From positions 1-24,715 of IMG/VR virus record IMGVR_UViG_3300030330_001443: DNA of 24,715 nt; one strand, written 5' to 3'. Positions within the stretch are counted from its first letter, which is position 1. Every line of letters starts with the position of its first letter. Positions 8,781 to 16,980 of the stretch are shown one piece after another. The position numbers and the translations under genes are program-made. Origin of the DNA: a virus (lineage: Duplodnaviria; Caudoviricetes). The notes under the pieces were generated by a model. The model made no database searches. It was not told where the DNA came from and worked only from the letters and a program-made list of their open reading frames with translations.

Positions 8781-9131
8781 ATGTTTGAAGTTGTAATACT
8801 TAACGAAAAAGATTATCCGATTAGATTCGGAATGAACGCTCTTAGAATTTATTGTAAAAAAACAAATACAAGTTTGCAAGACCTTGACAAATTAGGTCAA
8901 GACATATCTTTAGATGATGCTTGTCAGCTTATCCTTGCTGGATTGCAAGACGGAGCAAGAGTAGCTGGAAAAGATTTTGACTTGACAATTGAGGACATTG
9001 CAGATATTTTAGACGAAGACTTTGAAGCACTACAAAAGTGTTTTGATGTATTCGGAGAACAGTTTTCTGCAAAATTCAAAGACGAGGGAAACGAGAAAGA
9101 GGAGAAAAAAACTCCTCAAAAGAAAAAATAG
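8781..9131 (+). CDS. Tail assembly chaperone (gpG-like)
   Basis: Between major tail and tape measure genes; YPIRFGMNAL motif; ends shortly after a GN slippery codon pair. Confidence 0.85.
   Translation: MFEVVILNEKDYPIRFGMNALRIYCKKTNTSLQDLDKLGQDISLDDACQLILAGLQDGARVAGKDFDLTIEDIADILDEDFEALQKCFDVFGEQFSAKFKDEGNEKEEKKTPQKKK
9086..9117 (+). other. Programmed -1 frameshift signal: G GGA AAC plus downstream hairpin
   Basis: X XXY YYZ heptamer at 9086-9092 in the correct frame; GAGGAG (9099-9104)/CTCCTC (9112-9117) stem 6 nt downstream; -1 frame open through to 9466. Confidence 0.85.
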
Positions 9132-9466
9132 ATTGGGATGACTTGGAAGCCATTGCTTATGGTTTTGGCTTACTTCCCAAAGAGTTTTGGAGCTTAACAT
9201 TTCACGAATTCTTTCTATTGCAGAGAGGTCGAAATGAACAGCTCGAAATGAAAGAACGCTTTGAATGGGAGCGGACACGATGGCTGGCTTGTTTGATTTT
9301 ACAGCCACACAAAAAGAAAAATTCCAAGCTCAATCCGACCGATTTGGTGAGGTTTGAATGGGAGAAAAAAGAGGAAAAAATGGAACTTGAAAAACGCAAA
9401 AAAGCGGCTGAATATGCGGTTAAAAAGTACAAAATTGAGATTCCAAAAAACAACGAAAATGACTAA
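9089..9466 (+). CDS. Tail assembly chaperone C-terminal part (gpT-like), probably translated by -1 frameshift as a G-T fusion
   Basis: GLLPKEFWSLTFHEF motif typical of gpT-like segments; only a TTG start at 9143; frame open from the slippery site. Confidence 0.82.
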   Translation, partial: KRERGEKNSSKEKIDWDDLEAIAYGFGLLPKEFWSLTFHEFFLLQRGRNEQLEMKERFEWERTRWLACLILQPHKKKNSKLNPTDLVRFEWEKKEEKMELEKRKKAAEYAVKKYKIEIPKNNEND

Positions 9467-9553
9467 AAACCCTTATCTAGTAAATTTGCCCTAATAAAAG
9501 AACTAAACTTTTTAGGGTAAGCATACGACAGAAGGGTGATAATTGATTAAATG

Positions 9554-9596
9554 CGCTAAAACAACGCTTAAAACGAACGCTAAAAAACGCTTAAAA
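9554..9596 (+). repeat. Four copies of CGCT(T)AAAA immediately upstream of the tape measure start
   Basis: CGCT cores at 9554, 9565, 9578, 9588, each followed by an A-tract. Confidence 0.75.
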
Positions 9597-11461
9597 TGGC
9601 TGGAAAAAGACTCTCGATTGCGCTAACTTTGAACGATAAACAGTTCCAAAGTGGACTTAGAAAGGCAACTCGTTCAATGACCAAGTTTGGGAAGTCAATG
9701 CAGAGAACGGGACAATCTTTTTCTCGTAATTTAACCGCTCCAATCGGTTTAGCTGGTCTTGCTTCAATTAAGATGGCTTCAGATTTTGAAGAATCTCTAA
9801 ACAAAACCAGAGTTGCTTTTGGAGAATCTAGTGTGGAGGTTGAAGCATTTGCAAAGACCACTCTTAAAAGCTTTGGTATAGCTGAGGGAAGCGCACTTGA
9901 GATGTCATCTCTTTTTGGAGATATGGCTACTGCAATGGGTTTGAGTCAATCTGAGGCTGCTGGAATGGCGCAATCGTTGGTCGGACTTGCTGGAGATTTA
10001 GCATCTTTTAAAAATATAGGTATTGAACAAGCGCAAACTGCTCTTTCTGGTATATTTACGGGAGAAACAGAATCTCTTAAAAAGCTCGGAATAGTTCTAA
10101 CAGAAGCCAATCTTAAACAATTCGGATACAATAAAACAATGACACAATCTGAAAAGATTGCTGTTCGTTATCGTGCTGTAATTGAACAAACGAAATCAGC
10201 TCAAGGAGATTTTGCTAGAACTTCGGATGGAGTTGCAAATAGTTCTAGAGGCTTAGGAGAATCTATAAAACAACTAAGTCAAGATTTTGGCACTCTATTA
10301 CTTCCGTTGGCTTCAAAATTGATTTCTATATTTCAAGATTTAACAAATAAAATTTCATCCTTAGATGCAGAACAAAAACAATTTATTCTAAGAATTGCTG
10401 GTATAACTGCTGTTGTTGGTCCTTTGCTTATCATTTTAGGAAAACTTGTTACATCAATAACTGCTGTTGGAAAAGCATTGATTTTCCTTGCTGCAAACCC
10501 AATGGTCATATTTGCTTCTGCTGTTGCTGGTCTTGTTGCATTGCTAGGTTTTGCAGTTTTAGATATGGAGGGTTTTATAAAGACAGCTCTTAATTTAGGA
10601 AAAATAGGTCGTTTGACTGCAAAAGCAGTAATAATGTTTGCAGATGCAACTGGGTTAATGAGTAAGCCAGAAGCACTTGCAGCAATTGCAACAATTGACG
10701 GAATGAGCAAAGAGCAAGAAAAACTTGCTGACTCAATGGAAGATTCAACAGCTAAAATTGAAGAACAAAAAAAATCTATTGATAAACTGATTTCTTCAAT
10801 GGGAAAAATGCCAACAGGTCCAAGTGGGAATGGTATGCAATCAACAGGAATTTTTAATTTTGAGCCAATAGATGCTGGTCCTATTTCACCAAATGAGGGA
10901 CAAACATCCCCAGCTTTACAATTTGCGACAGACCCAGAGTTTTTTGATGGTATTGAGAGAAGTATTGTAGCATTTGAAAATATTAACATTTTAGCTGAAC
11001 AAATGAAAGACAATTTTCGTTCTTTTGGTGGGGCTATTGAACAAGCTTTTGCAAGTGCTTTGCTAAGTTCAGGAAATTTCTTTGAAAATTTTATTGATTT
11101 TGCAAAACGAGCTTTAGTACAAATAATGGCACAGATAGCAGCTATGGCTTTTCTAAACGCTTTGCTTGGGTCGAGTCCTTTGGGGAGTCTTTTAGGTTTT
11201 AAACCTATTGGAGGTTTTGGTAATATAGGAAATTTATTAAAACAAGGTGTTTCAAGTAATGCAGAAGGAGGACTTATTCAACAGCCACACTTTGGATTAA
11301 TTGGAGAAGCTGGTCCAGAGGTTGTAATGCCTTTAGATAGATTTATGAACACAATGGGAGTAGGGGGTGCTGTTGAGGTATTCGGAAAAATAAGTGGTTC
11401 TGATATATTACTAGCAAGCGATAGAGCTAGAGGAAACAGAAATAGAACAAGAGGATTTTAA
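9596..11461 (+). CDS. Tape measure protein
   Basis: Ala/Gly/Ser-rich helical protein, LAGDLASF and TGETESLKKLGI motifs, hydrophobic central segment, C-terminal AEGG...IGEAGPEVVMPL. Confidence 0.93.
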   Translation: MAGKRLSIALTLNDKQFQSGLRKATRSMTKFGKSMQRTGQSFSRNLTAPIGLAGLASIKMASDFEESLNKTRVAFGESSVEVEAFAKTTLKSFGIAEGSALEMSSLFGDMATAMGLSQSEAAGMAQSLVGLAGDLASFKNIGIEQAQTALSGIFTGETESLKKLGIVLTEANLKQFGYNKTMTQSEKIAVRYRAVIEQTKSAQGDFARTSDGVANSSRGLGESIKQLSQDFGTLLLPLASKLISIFQDLTNKISSLDAEQKQFILRIAGITAVVGPLLIILGKLVTSITAVGKALIFLAANPMVIFASAVAGLVALLGFAVLDMEGFIKTALNLGKIGRLTAKAVIMFADATGLMSKPEALAAIATIDGMSKEQEKLADSMEDSTAKIEEQKKSIDKLISSMGKMPTGPSGNGMQSTGIFNFEPIDAGPISPNEGQTSPALQFATDPEFFDGIERSIVAFENINILAEQMKDNFRSFGGAIEQAFASALLSSGNFFENFIDFAKRALVQIMAQIAAMAFLNALLGSSPLGSLLGFKPIGGFGNIGNLLKQGVSSNAEGGLIQQPHFGLIGEAGPEVVMPLDRFMNTMGVGGAVEVFGKISGSDILLASDRARGNRNRTRGF

Positions 11462-13675
11462 ATGGCACTTAGAAGGACAGCAGAGTTTCAAAATGACAAA
11501 GGGATATTTTACAAGCTAGAAATTTATGACAGCTTAACTAGTAGCCCTTCAGCTTTAACTTTACAACTTGGAGCAAGTGGATTTCAACTCAAGTATGAAA
11601 CCCAAGACAGGACACGTTTCAGCGGTGTTATTCCTTCAAGCTGCACCTTTGACATAATTCCAAGAAATAGCACAGAACAAGCTGTGATTGATGATATTAC
11701 TTCTGCTCCTTATGGAAGGTTTCAATTAGTAATTTATAAAGATAATACAACTACTGACGGTTCTAGCTATAATCTATACTGGGTTGGAAATATTTTGACG
11801 GATGTTAGTTCAAGACAAAACCTTTCTTTTTTCGCTGGAACACAACAAACAATCACCGCAACAGATGGACTTGCTGAGCTTGTTGATGTTTCTGTTAGTA
11901 CTCATTTTTTAACCCCAGCACCAGACCCAGTAGAGCTAACAAGCTCCCAAAGATTTTTATTGACAATACAAAAAATATTGAGAGATAGTGATATTTTAAA
12001 TACTTCACAATATTGGGGAACAACTGACAACTTTTTACAAACACAAGTAAACTGGTATACTGGACAAATGCCAACACCAGCAGCCGACAAAGACCCCCTT
12101 TTCTTTTCTGGATGTTTTGCTAGAGCTTTTAAAAAAATAGAAAATGAAGAAGAAGTTTTTATAAATACATTGGAAGCTTTAGATAGAATAATGAAGTGCT
12201 GGGGCGCTAGATTAATTCTATCAGATGGAATGTGGAGAGTTATTCAGCCGAATGGTTATTCAGATACTAACTTTGAAAGAACATATAGGAAAGGAAATAC
12301 AACTGTAATTTCTAGTAGTGCTGTTCAACTTAAAACAAATGCTGGAATAGTTCTAGGCGGGGGTACATTCGACTCACTTCATCCAGTTCAAAAGGTCGAG
12401 ACGTTTTATGACCTTCTTTATGAATTACAGCTTTTACAATTTTCAATCCCTTTGTGGATGACCAAGGTTGGTCCAGCACTACAAAAAACAGACCCCCCAA
12501 CCACAACAGTAAACGGAGGTAATTCATTGACTGGAGGTTTAACTTTTTCTCAGTCAATTGGTTTGATACAAGCTCAAACAGATGCTACTTTAGAATGGAA
12601 TTTATTATTCAGACCTGAGCTTATTTACTATGACGGTCAATATTTAACAACGCCAGTAGCACAATCAGCAGTTCAAAATGATTTTATTCAAAGTAGAACA
12701 ACAAGTGGGGCTGGTTCGGGAGTTGATTTGAGATGCCAACTTCTTTTAAAATTGAGACTTGTTGGTGATAGTGGCACAACGTATCACTTGTATATGACAC
12801 AAGGGACAAACGGAGGAGCTAAAGAATGGACTACTAGTGCAGTTAATGTTGGATTCCCTGTTATATTTTCAGAAAACAACGCAAATGATTATTTTAACGC
12901 TCCAGCAGCCCCAAATCCCAGAAGTGGCTCTTCTATTGGAGGTACTCATCCAGCTATCCCAGAATCTGGGGAGTTGTTTATTGAAGGATTCGCTCGTTTT
13001 AGATGGCAAGACCCAAACGGATTTAGTGCATCTGACGAAGTTGATACAGCCGATGTTCTTTTCCCAAATTCTTCAAGCGGCGGAAGTTCAGGTACTATTA
13101 TTAAGGGGTTAGCTATTGGAATGGAGAAACCAGATGGAAATAATTATTATTTACGATATTTAGTTAATGGTACTCCAACAGCTCAACAGCTAATCTCAGC
13201 AGAACAAGGAACTGCTATTTCAAACGCTGTTCTAAAACTTGACCCAGCTAAATTAGGAAGCGGACCAACTGCACAAACCCCTACAAGAATAATCACTTTT
13301 GATGCTGCTGGCAATGGAGATGATGGAACTGCTTCAACTTGGCAAGTTTTTCAAGAAACGACTGGAGATGGAACGACAGGAACTATTACAAAAATACTTT
13401 GCAAAGAAGTTCTTGCTGGAAGAAAAACGGGTGTTGATGTTTACAATGGTTCATTGCAAACAGATAAAACAACTAATTATGAATATCATTTAGCATTTGA
13501 TAATATTTCTAGTACTAAAATTTTCGTTCCAAATGAAATAAATTACAATGCAAATGAAGGTATTTGGGATGGTCAATGGATAGAAACAGATTTAGACGCT
13601 AGCGGTCAAAATTATACTTCTAACGATATTGCACCAGGTGAGAATGATAATGCAACTTTTACTTCTGAATGGTAA
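11462..13675 (+). CDS. Tail tip/baseplate hub structural protein
   Basis: Immediately follows the tape measure gene; ITATDGL motif near the N-terminus; Thr/Gly/Ser-rich beta-type composition. Confidence 0.65.
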   Translation: MALRRTAEFQNDKGIFYKLEIYDSLTSSPSALTLQLGASGFQLKYETQDRTRFSGVIPSSCTFDIIPRNSTEQAVIDDITSAPYGRFQLVIYKDNTTTDGSSYNLYWVGNILTDVSSRQNLSFFAGTQQTITATDGLAELVDVSVSTHFLTPAPDPVELTSSQRFLLTIQKILRDSDILNTSQYWGTTDNFLQTQVNWYTGQMPTPAADKDPLFFSGCFARAFKKIENEEEVFINTLEALDRIMKCWGARLILSDGMWRVIQPNGYSDTNFERTYRKGNTTVISSSAVQLKTNAGIVLGGGTFDSLHPVQKVETFYDLLYELQLLQFSIPLWMTKVGPALQKTDPPTTTVNGGNSLTGGLTFSQSIGLIQAQTDATLEWNLLFRPELIYYDGQYLTTPVAQSAVQNDFIQSRTTSGAGSGVDLRCQLLLKLRLVGDSGTTYHLYMTQGTNGGAKEWTTSAVNVGFPVIFSENNANDYFNAPAAPNPRSGSSIGGTHPAIPESGELFIEGFARFRWQDPNGFSASDEVDTADVLFPNSSSGGSSGTIIKGLAIGMEKPDGNNYYLRYLVNGTPTAQQLISAEQGTAISNAVLKLDPAKLGSGPTAQTPTRIITFDAAGNGDDGTASTWQVFQETTGDGTTGTITKILCKEVLAGRKTGVDVYNGSLQTDKTTNYEYHLAFDNISSTKIFVPNEINYNANEGIWDGQWIETDLDASGQNYTSNDIAPGENDNATFTSEW

Positions 13676-13676
13676 T

Positions 13677-14480
13677 ATGAGAGCTTCAACTTACAATCAA
13701 ACTTTAATAAACGATTCGCTTGCTGTTATCACCGAACCGTCTAGCGGAACTTCTAGTCAAACACAATTAGCCGTTACTGCTGGAAATAAAATAGTTGCAA
13801 AAACTGGAGAAAAAGTATTTTTATTTACCAAATACTCAAACACTATTTATGAATTGACTTTGACTGCTGACTTAGGAAGAACAACTACTTGTAGCTTCAG
13901 TTCTATTGATTTTGATGATGTAGTTGAAATTGGAAGCGTAATTTTGATGCGACAAGAACCCAAATTCGACAAAATCAACAATACTGATTTATACTTTCAA
14001 CAATCGCTATTTTTGACAGGCGGTACAAATGGAAATGATTTTCTCTCTGCTTTTGGAACTTCTTCTTTCACCGTAAACAGTGGCGCACAGTTAGCAGATG
14101 GAAATTCCAAGCCTAATAGATGGTCCTCACAATTTGGAATCTTTGTAGCCCCTTACGCTTGTTCAATTAAAAAGATAAAAGGATGGTCGAGCTCAGATGC
14201 TGGAAGTGGAGATAATGCTGTTATTTCTATTTGGTATGCTTCGCCTAATGCAGGAACTACTAGCAATATAACAATTGAACTTCTTAAATCATTCACTCTC
14301 ACCAGTCAAAACAATCAAAACCACATCTTTGATATCGAGGACAATCCCGCTAGCGGATACCCTTTAGCTGAAGGAGATTTTGTTTTTGTAAGTATTAAAA
14401 GAACAGGAACTAAGTCAAGCGGTGTTGAATGGTATGCTGACATCGGTTTTTGTGTTGAAATGTTTAAACAACCAATATAA
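13677..14480 (+). CDS. Putative receptor-binding or tail appendage protein
   Basis: Last gene of the tail module, Ser/Thr/Gly-rich beta-type sequence; start taken at ATG 13677 just after the upstream TAA. Confidence 0.55.
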   Translation: MRASTYNQTLINDSLAVITEPSSGTSSQTQLAVTAGNKIVAKTGEKVFLFTKYSNTIYELTLTADLGRTTTCSFSSIDFDDVVEIGSVILMRQEPKFDKINNTDLYFQQSLFLTGGTNGNDFLSAFGTSSFTVNSGAQLADGNSKPNRWSSQFGIFVAPYACSIKKIKGWSSSDAGSGDNAVISIWYASPNAGTTSNITIELLKSFTLTSQNNQNHIFDIEDNPASGYPLAEGDFVFVSIKRTGTKSSGVEWYADIGFCVEMFKQPI

Positions 14481-14641
14481 TGAAAACACTTTTGAAAGAG
14501 TGCAGTGATGTGCTTACATTAAATATTACAACTTTGGCAATTTCATTCACTGATGTTGAAATGCTTTTGAAAATTGTGCTTTTGCTTTTATCTATTATAT
14601 ATACAGCAGATAAATTGATTAAAAACCAAAAAAACAAATAA
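14480..14641 (+). CDS. Small holin-like membrane protein, 53 aa (MKTLLKECSDVLTLNITTLAISFTDVEMLLKIVLLLLSIIYTADKLIKNQKNK), not in ORF track
   Basis: TAATG coupling to the upstream gene; hydrophobic helix and basic C-terminal tail. Confidence 0.72.
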   Translation: MKTLLKECSDVLTLNITTLAISFTDVEMLLKIVLLLLSIIYTADKLIKNQKNK

Positions 14642-14642
14642 G

Positions 14643-14726
14643 ATGAAAGACCTAATTTGCAAAACAATATATTATTTGACTTTTAAAAGAGTGTGTATTG
14701 GTATCTGTAAAAACCGCAAGAAATAA
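14643..14726 (+). CDS. 27-aa cationic Cys-containing peptide (MKDLICKTIYYLTFKRVCIGICKNRKK), not in ORF track
   Basis: Fills the gap exactly: ATG 1 nt after the previous stop, and its TAA overlaps the next ATG (TAATG). Confidence 0.6.
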   Translation: MKDLICKTIYYLTFKRVCIGICKNRKK

Positions 14727-14935
14727 TGGAGGAAATATTACAATTAATAGAACGCTACGGACTGACTCTAATTTTATTACTTGGGAGTTTGTATGCTTTA
14801 TATAAATTCTTTGTTTTTAGTATTTACGAAGTGAAGGGTCAGTTCTCAAAGTATCACGAAAAAAACGCTCAGGATATGGAATATGTCAAAAGCAAAATTG
14901 ATACGATTCTAGAGTTTATCAAAAAAAATAGCTAA
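14726..14935 (+). CDS. Single-TM membrane protein with C-terminal helix (holin/antiholin-like)
   Basis: YGLTLILLLGSLYALYKFFVF hydrophobic segment; lysis-cluster position. Confidence 0.65.
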   Translation: MEEILQLIERYGLTLILLLGSLYALYKFFVFSIYEVKGQFSKYHEKNAQDMEYVKSKIDTILEFIKKNS

Positions 14936-14936
14936 A

Positions 14937-15068
14937 ATGGCAAAAGGAATAAGCTTCACACATCGTGAAAAACCAAAAAAGAAAAGAAAAGGAATTCACT
15001 CCAAGAACAAAAGCCGAACCAAAGGTTGTAAGCAATACGAAAAAAGATACAACGGTCAGGGCAAATAA
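14937..15068 (+). CDS. 43-aa very basic protein ending KRYNGQGK, not in ORF track
   Basis: MAKGISFTHREKPKKKRKGIHSKNKSRTKGCKQYEKRYNGQGK; tightly packed between neighbours; YxGQG(K/R) end recalls a small basic phage protein family. Confidence 0.7.
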   Translation: MAKGISFTHREKPKKKRKGIHSKNKSRTKGCKQYEKRYNGQGK

Positions 15069-15080
15069 TATAGTTGTGAT

Positions 15081-15458
15081 ATGGTGTTAAATTATTTTAA
15101 TTTTCAAGAATTTGATTCACCAGATGAAATAGGTTCTGGAATGCCTACTGACCAAGGCGGAAAAATGAATAAAGAGTTTTTATTTAAACTTGATGAAGCT
15201 AGAATGTTGGCTGGAACGCCTTTCAAAATTACAAGCGGTTATAGATCAGAAGCACACAATAAAAAGGTCGGTGGAGTAAAAGGAAGCTCACATACTAAAG
15301 GATGCGCTGTTGATATTGCTGTGAATAGTGGACTCCAAAGAAGTGCAATTGTTTGCGCCTTAGCTAAAGTCGGCTTCACTAGAATAGGAATAGCAAAAAC
15401 ATTTGTTCATTGTGATTTAGACAAAGAAAAACAAAATTCAATCTGGCTTTATGATTAA
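15081..15458 (+). CDS. Endolysin, peptidase M15 family (Zn-dependent)
   Basis: ITSGYR...HN..VGG...SSH..G.AVDI and FVHCD motifs. Confidence 0.9.
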   Translation: MVLNYFNFQEFDSPDEIGSGMPTDQGGKMNKEFLFKLDEARMLAGTPFKITSGYRSEAHNKKVGGVKGSSHTKGCAVDIAVNSGLQRSAIVCALAKVGFTRIGIAKTFVHCDLDKEKQNSIWLYD

Positions 15459-15840
15459 CAATTTACTCGGTGGATTATTTACCACACTATCAAAACAAGC
15501 ATCTACAATAATAGATGAAACAGTTACCACAAAAGAAGAAAAGTGGAAACTAAAAAATGAATTTCACAAAATACTTATTGAAAGCGAAAAGTCAGCCCAA
15601 CAAGAGGTTACAAAACGCTGGGAAGCTGATTCTAAAGCTGGATGGCTACCAGCTAATATAAGACCCCTTACATTGATATTTTTGACTGTTATGTTTGTTA
15701 TAATGTCAATATTTGACGGCAATGTTGGAAATTTCACTATTGATGATGCTTACAAACCAATTTATCAAACTTTACTTATAACCGTTTACGGAGCTTATTT
15801 TGCTGGTCGCTCAATTGAGAAGGTAAAAAAGAAACAATGA
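15451..15840 (+). CDS. Holin, GTA 3TM-like family
   Basis: RWEADS...WLPANIRPL and YFAGRSIEK motifs; transmembrane segments. Confidence 0.85.
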   Translation: MINNLLGGLFTTLSKQASTIIDETVTTKEEKWKLKNEFHKILIESEKSAQQEVTKRWEADSKAGWLPANIRPLTLIFLTVMFVIMSIFDGNVGNFTIDDAYKPIYQTLLITVYGAYFAGRSIEKVKKKQ

Positions 15841-16895
15841 AAAATCAAAAGCGATACCGTCTTAGTGAAGATGAATGGCGATTGATTGATGATTATAGAC
15901 AAGACAAAGAAAACAAAGCACTACTAGAAGAAGAATGTAACGAAGCTGGAATTGATGTAAGATCTGTGCATCATTATTGGTATAAGAGCAAACGCTTTTC
16001 AATATTTGCCAGACCAAATGAGTTCTCAAGAGATGAATTTCTGAAAAGTATTGAGGACTTAATATCTAAATATTCCCCTTCATATCCATCTATTGACTAT
16101 CCAAAACGCAAAGAGGGACATCTTTTGGTAATAAACCCCGCAGATGTTCATATTGGTAAATATGCAGACGCTTTAGAAACAGGGAACACTTACAATGTAA
16201 AAACAGCTAGAAAACGCATTTTGAACGGTGTTAAAGGCATTATCTCCAAGTCTGAGGGGTTCACCATTGAAAAAGTCTTATTCTGCATAGGAAACGATAT
16301 TTTACACACGGACAATATTCACGGAACCACTTCAAGAGGAACTCCACAGAATACTGACGGTAAATGGTATAGACACTTCACCACAGCTCTTGAGGTATAT
16401 GTTGAATGTGTCGAAATGCTTATGAACATTGCACCAGTTGATTGTGTTCATTCAATGAGCAACCACGACTATATGAGTGGATTCCATTTGGCACACGCTT
16501 TGAAGTCTTGGTTCAGAAATACAGATTCAATAAGTGTGGATGATTCTCCAATTCATAGAAAATATTATGTTTACGGATCAAGTTTGATTGGATTGACTCA
16601 CGGTGATGGGGCAAAAACGAACAATTTAGCTCTCCTAATGGCTCAAGAGAAGCCTAATCTTTGGGCTAAGACAAAACATAGATACTGGTATTTGCATCAT
16701 ATACACCACAAACAAAGATTCAAATATCTTACGAGTTTTGATGATATTGGAGTAACACTTGAGTTTTTAAGAAGCCCTAGTGGAACGGATGCGTGGCACT
16801 TTCAAAAGGGTTATACAGGCAGCCCTAAAGCTGTTGAAGGTTTTATACACTCAAAAGAAAATGGTCAGATTGCGCACTTGACACATATATTTTGA
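15837..16895 (+). CDS. Calcineurin-like metallophosphoesterase
   Basis: Motifs DVH, GND, SNHD, THGD, HHIHH. Confidence 0.85.
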   Translation: MKNQKRYRLSEDEWRLIDDYRQDKENKALLEEECNEAGIDVRSVHHYWYKSKRFSIFARPNEFSRDEFLKSIEDLISKYSPSYPSIDYPKRKEGHLLVINPADVHIGKYADALETGNTYNVKTARKRILNGVKGIISKSEGFTIEKVLFCIGNDILHTDNIHGTTSRGTPQNTDGKWYRHFTTALEVYVECVEMLMNIAPVDCVHSMSNHDYMSGFHLAHALKSWFRNTDSISVDDSPIHRKYYVYGSSLIGLTHGDGAKTNNLALLMAQEKPNLWAKTKHRYWYLHHIHHKQRFKYLTSFDDIGVTLEFLRSPSGTDAWHFQKGYTGSPKAVEGFIHSKENGQIAHLTHIF

Positions 16896-16903
16896 TATAT
16901 TTG
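16896..16903 (+). promoter_or_regulatory. Bacteroidetes-type -7 element TATATTTG
   Basis: Exact TAnnTTTG match directly after the phosphoesterase stop, with no ORF between it and the next terminator. Confidence 0.55.
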
Positions 16904-16907
16904 CGCT

Positions 16908-16980
16908 GTTTTTGGTAAATTAATAAATTTTTCATTGTTTTTGTAAGGGATTTGGGGCTTTTTAGCCCCTTTTTCTTTTT
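16908..16980 (+). ncRNA. Candidate ~70-nt small RNA
   Basis: Bracketed by a -7 promoter element and an intrinsic terminator; U-rich body containing UUUUUCAUUGUUUUU, antisense to A-rich AUG contexts. Confidence 0.45.

Noticed and set aside
9554-9596. CRISPR-like or mini-array interpretation of the short repeats
   Set aside because: Units of 10-13 nt with no unique spacers; no cas genes
10333-11013. 226-aa minus-strand ORF, and all other minus-strand ORFs in the track
   Set aside because: Antisense shadows of well-supported + strand genes; no motifs or initiation context
16843-16935. 30-aa minus-strand ORF MKNLLIYQKQRK... with a good-looking start
   Set aside because: Would be the only minus-strand gene and overlaps the phosphoesterase 3' end; better explained as the complement of the sRNA candidate, though not fully excluded
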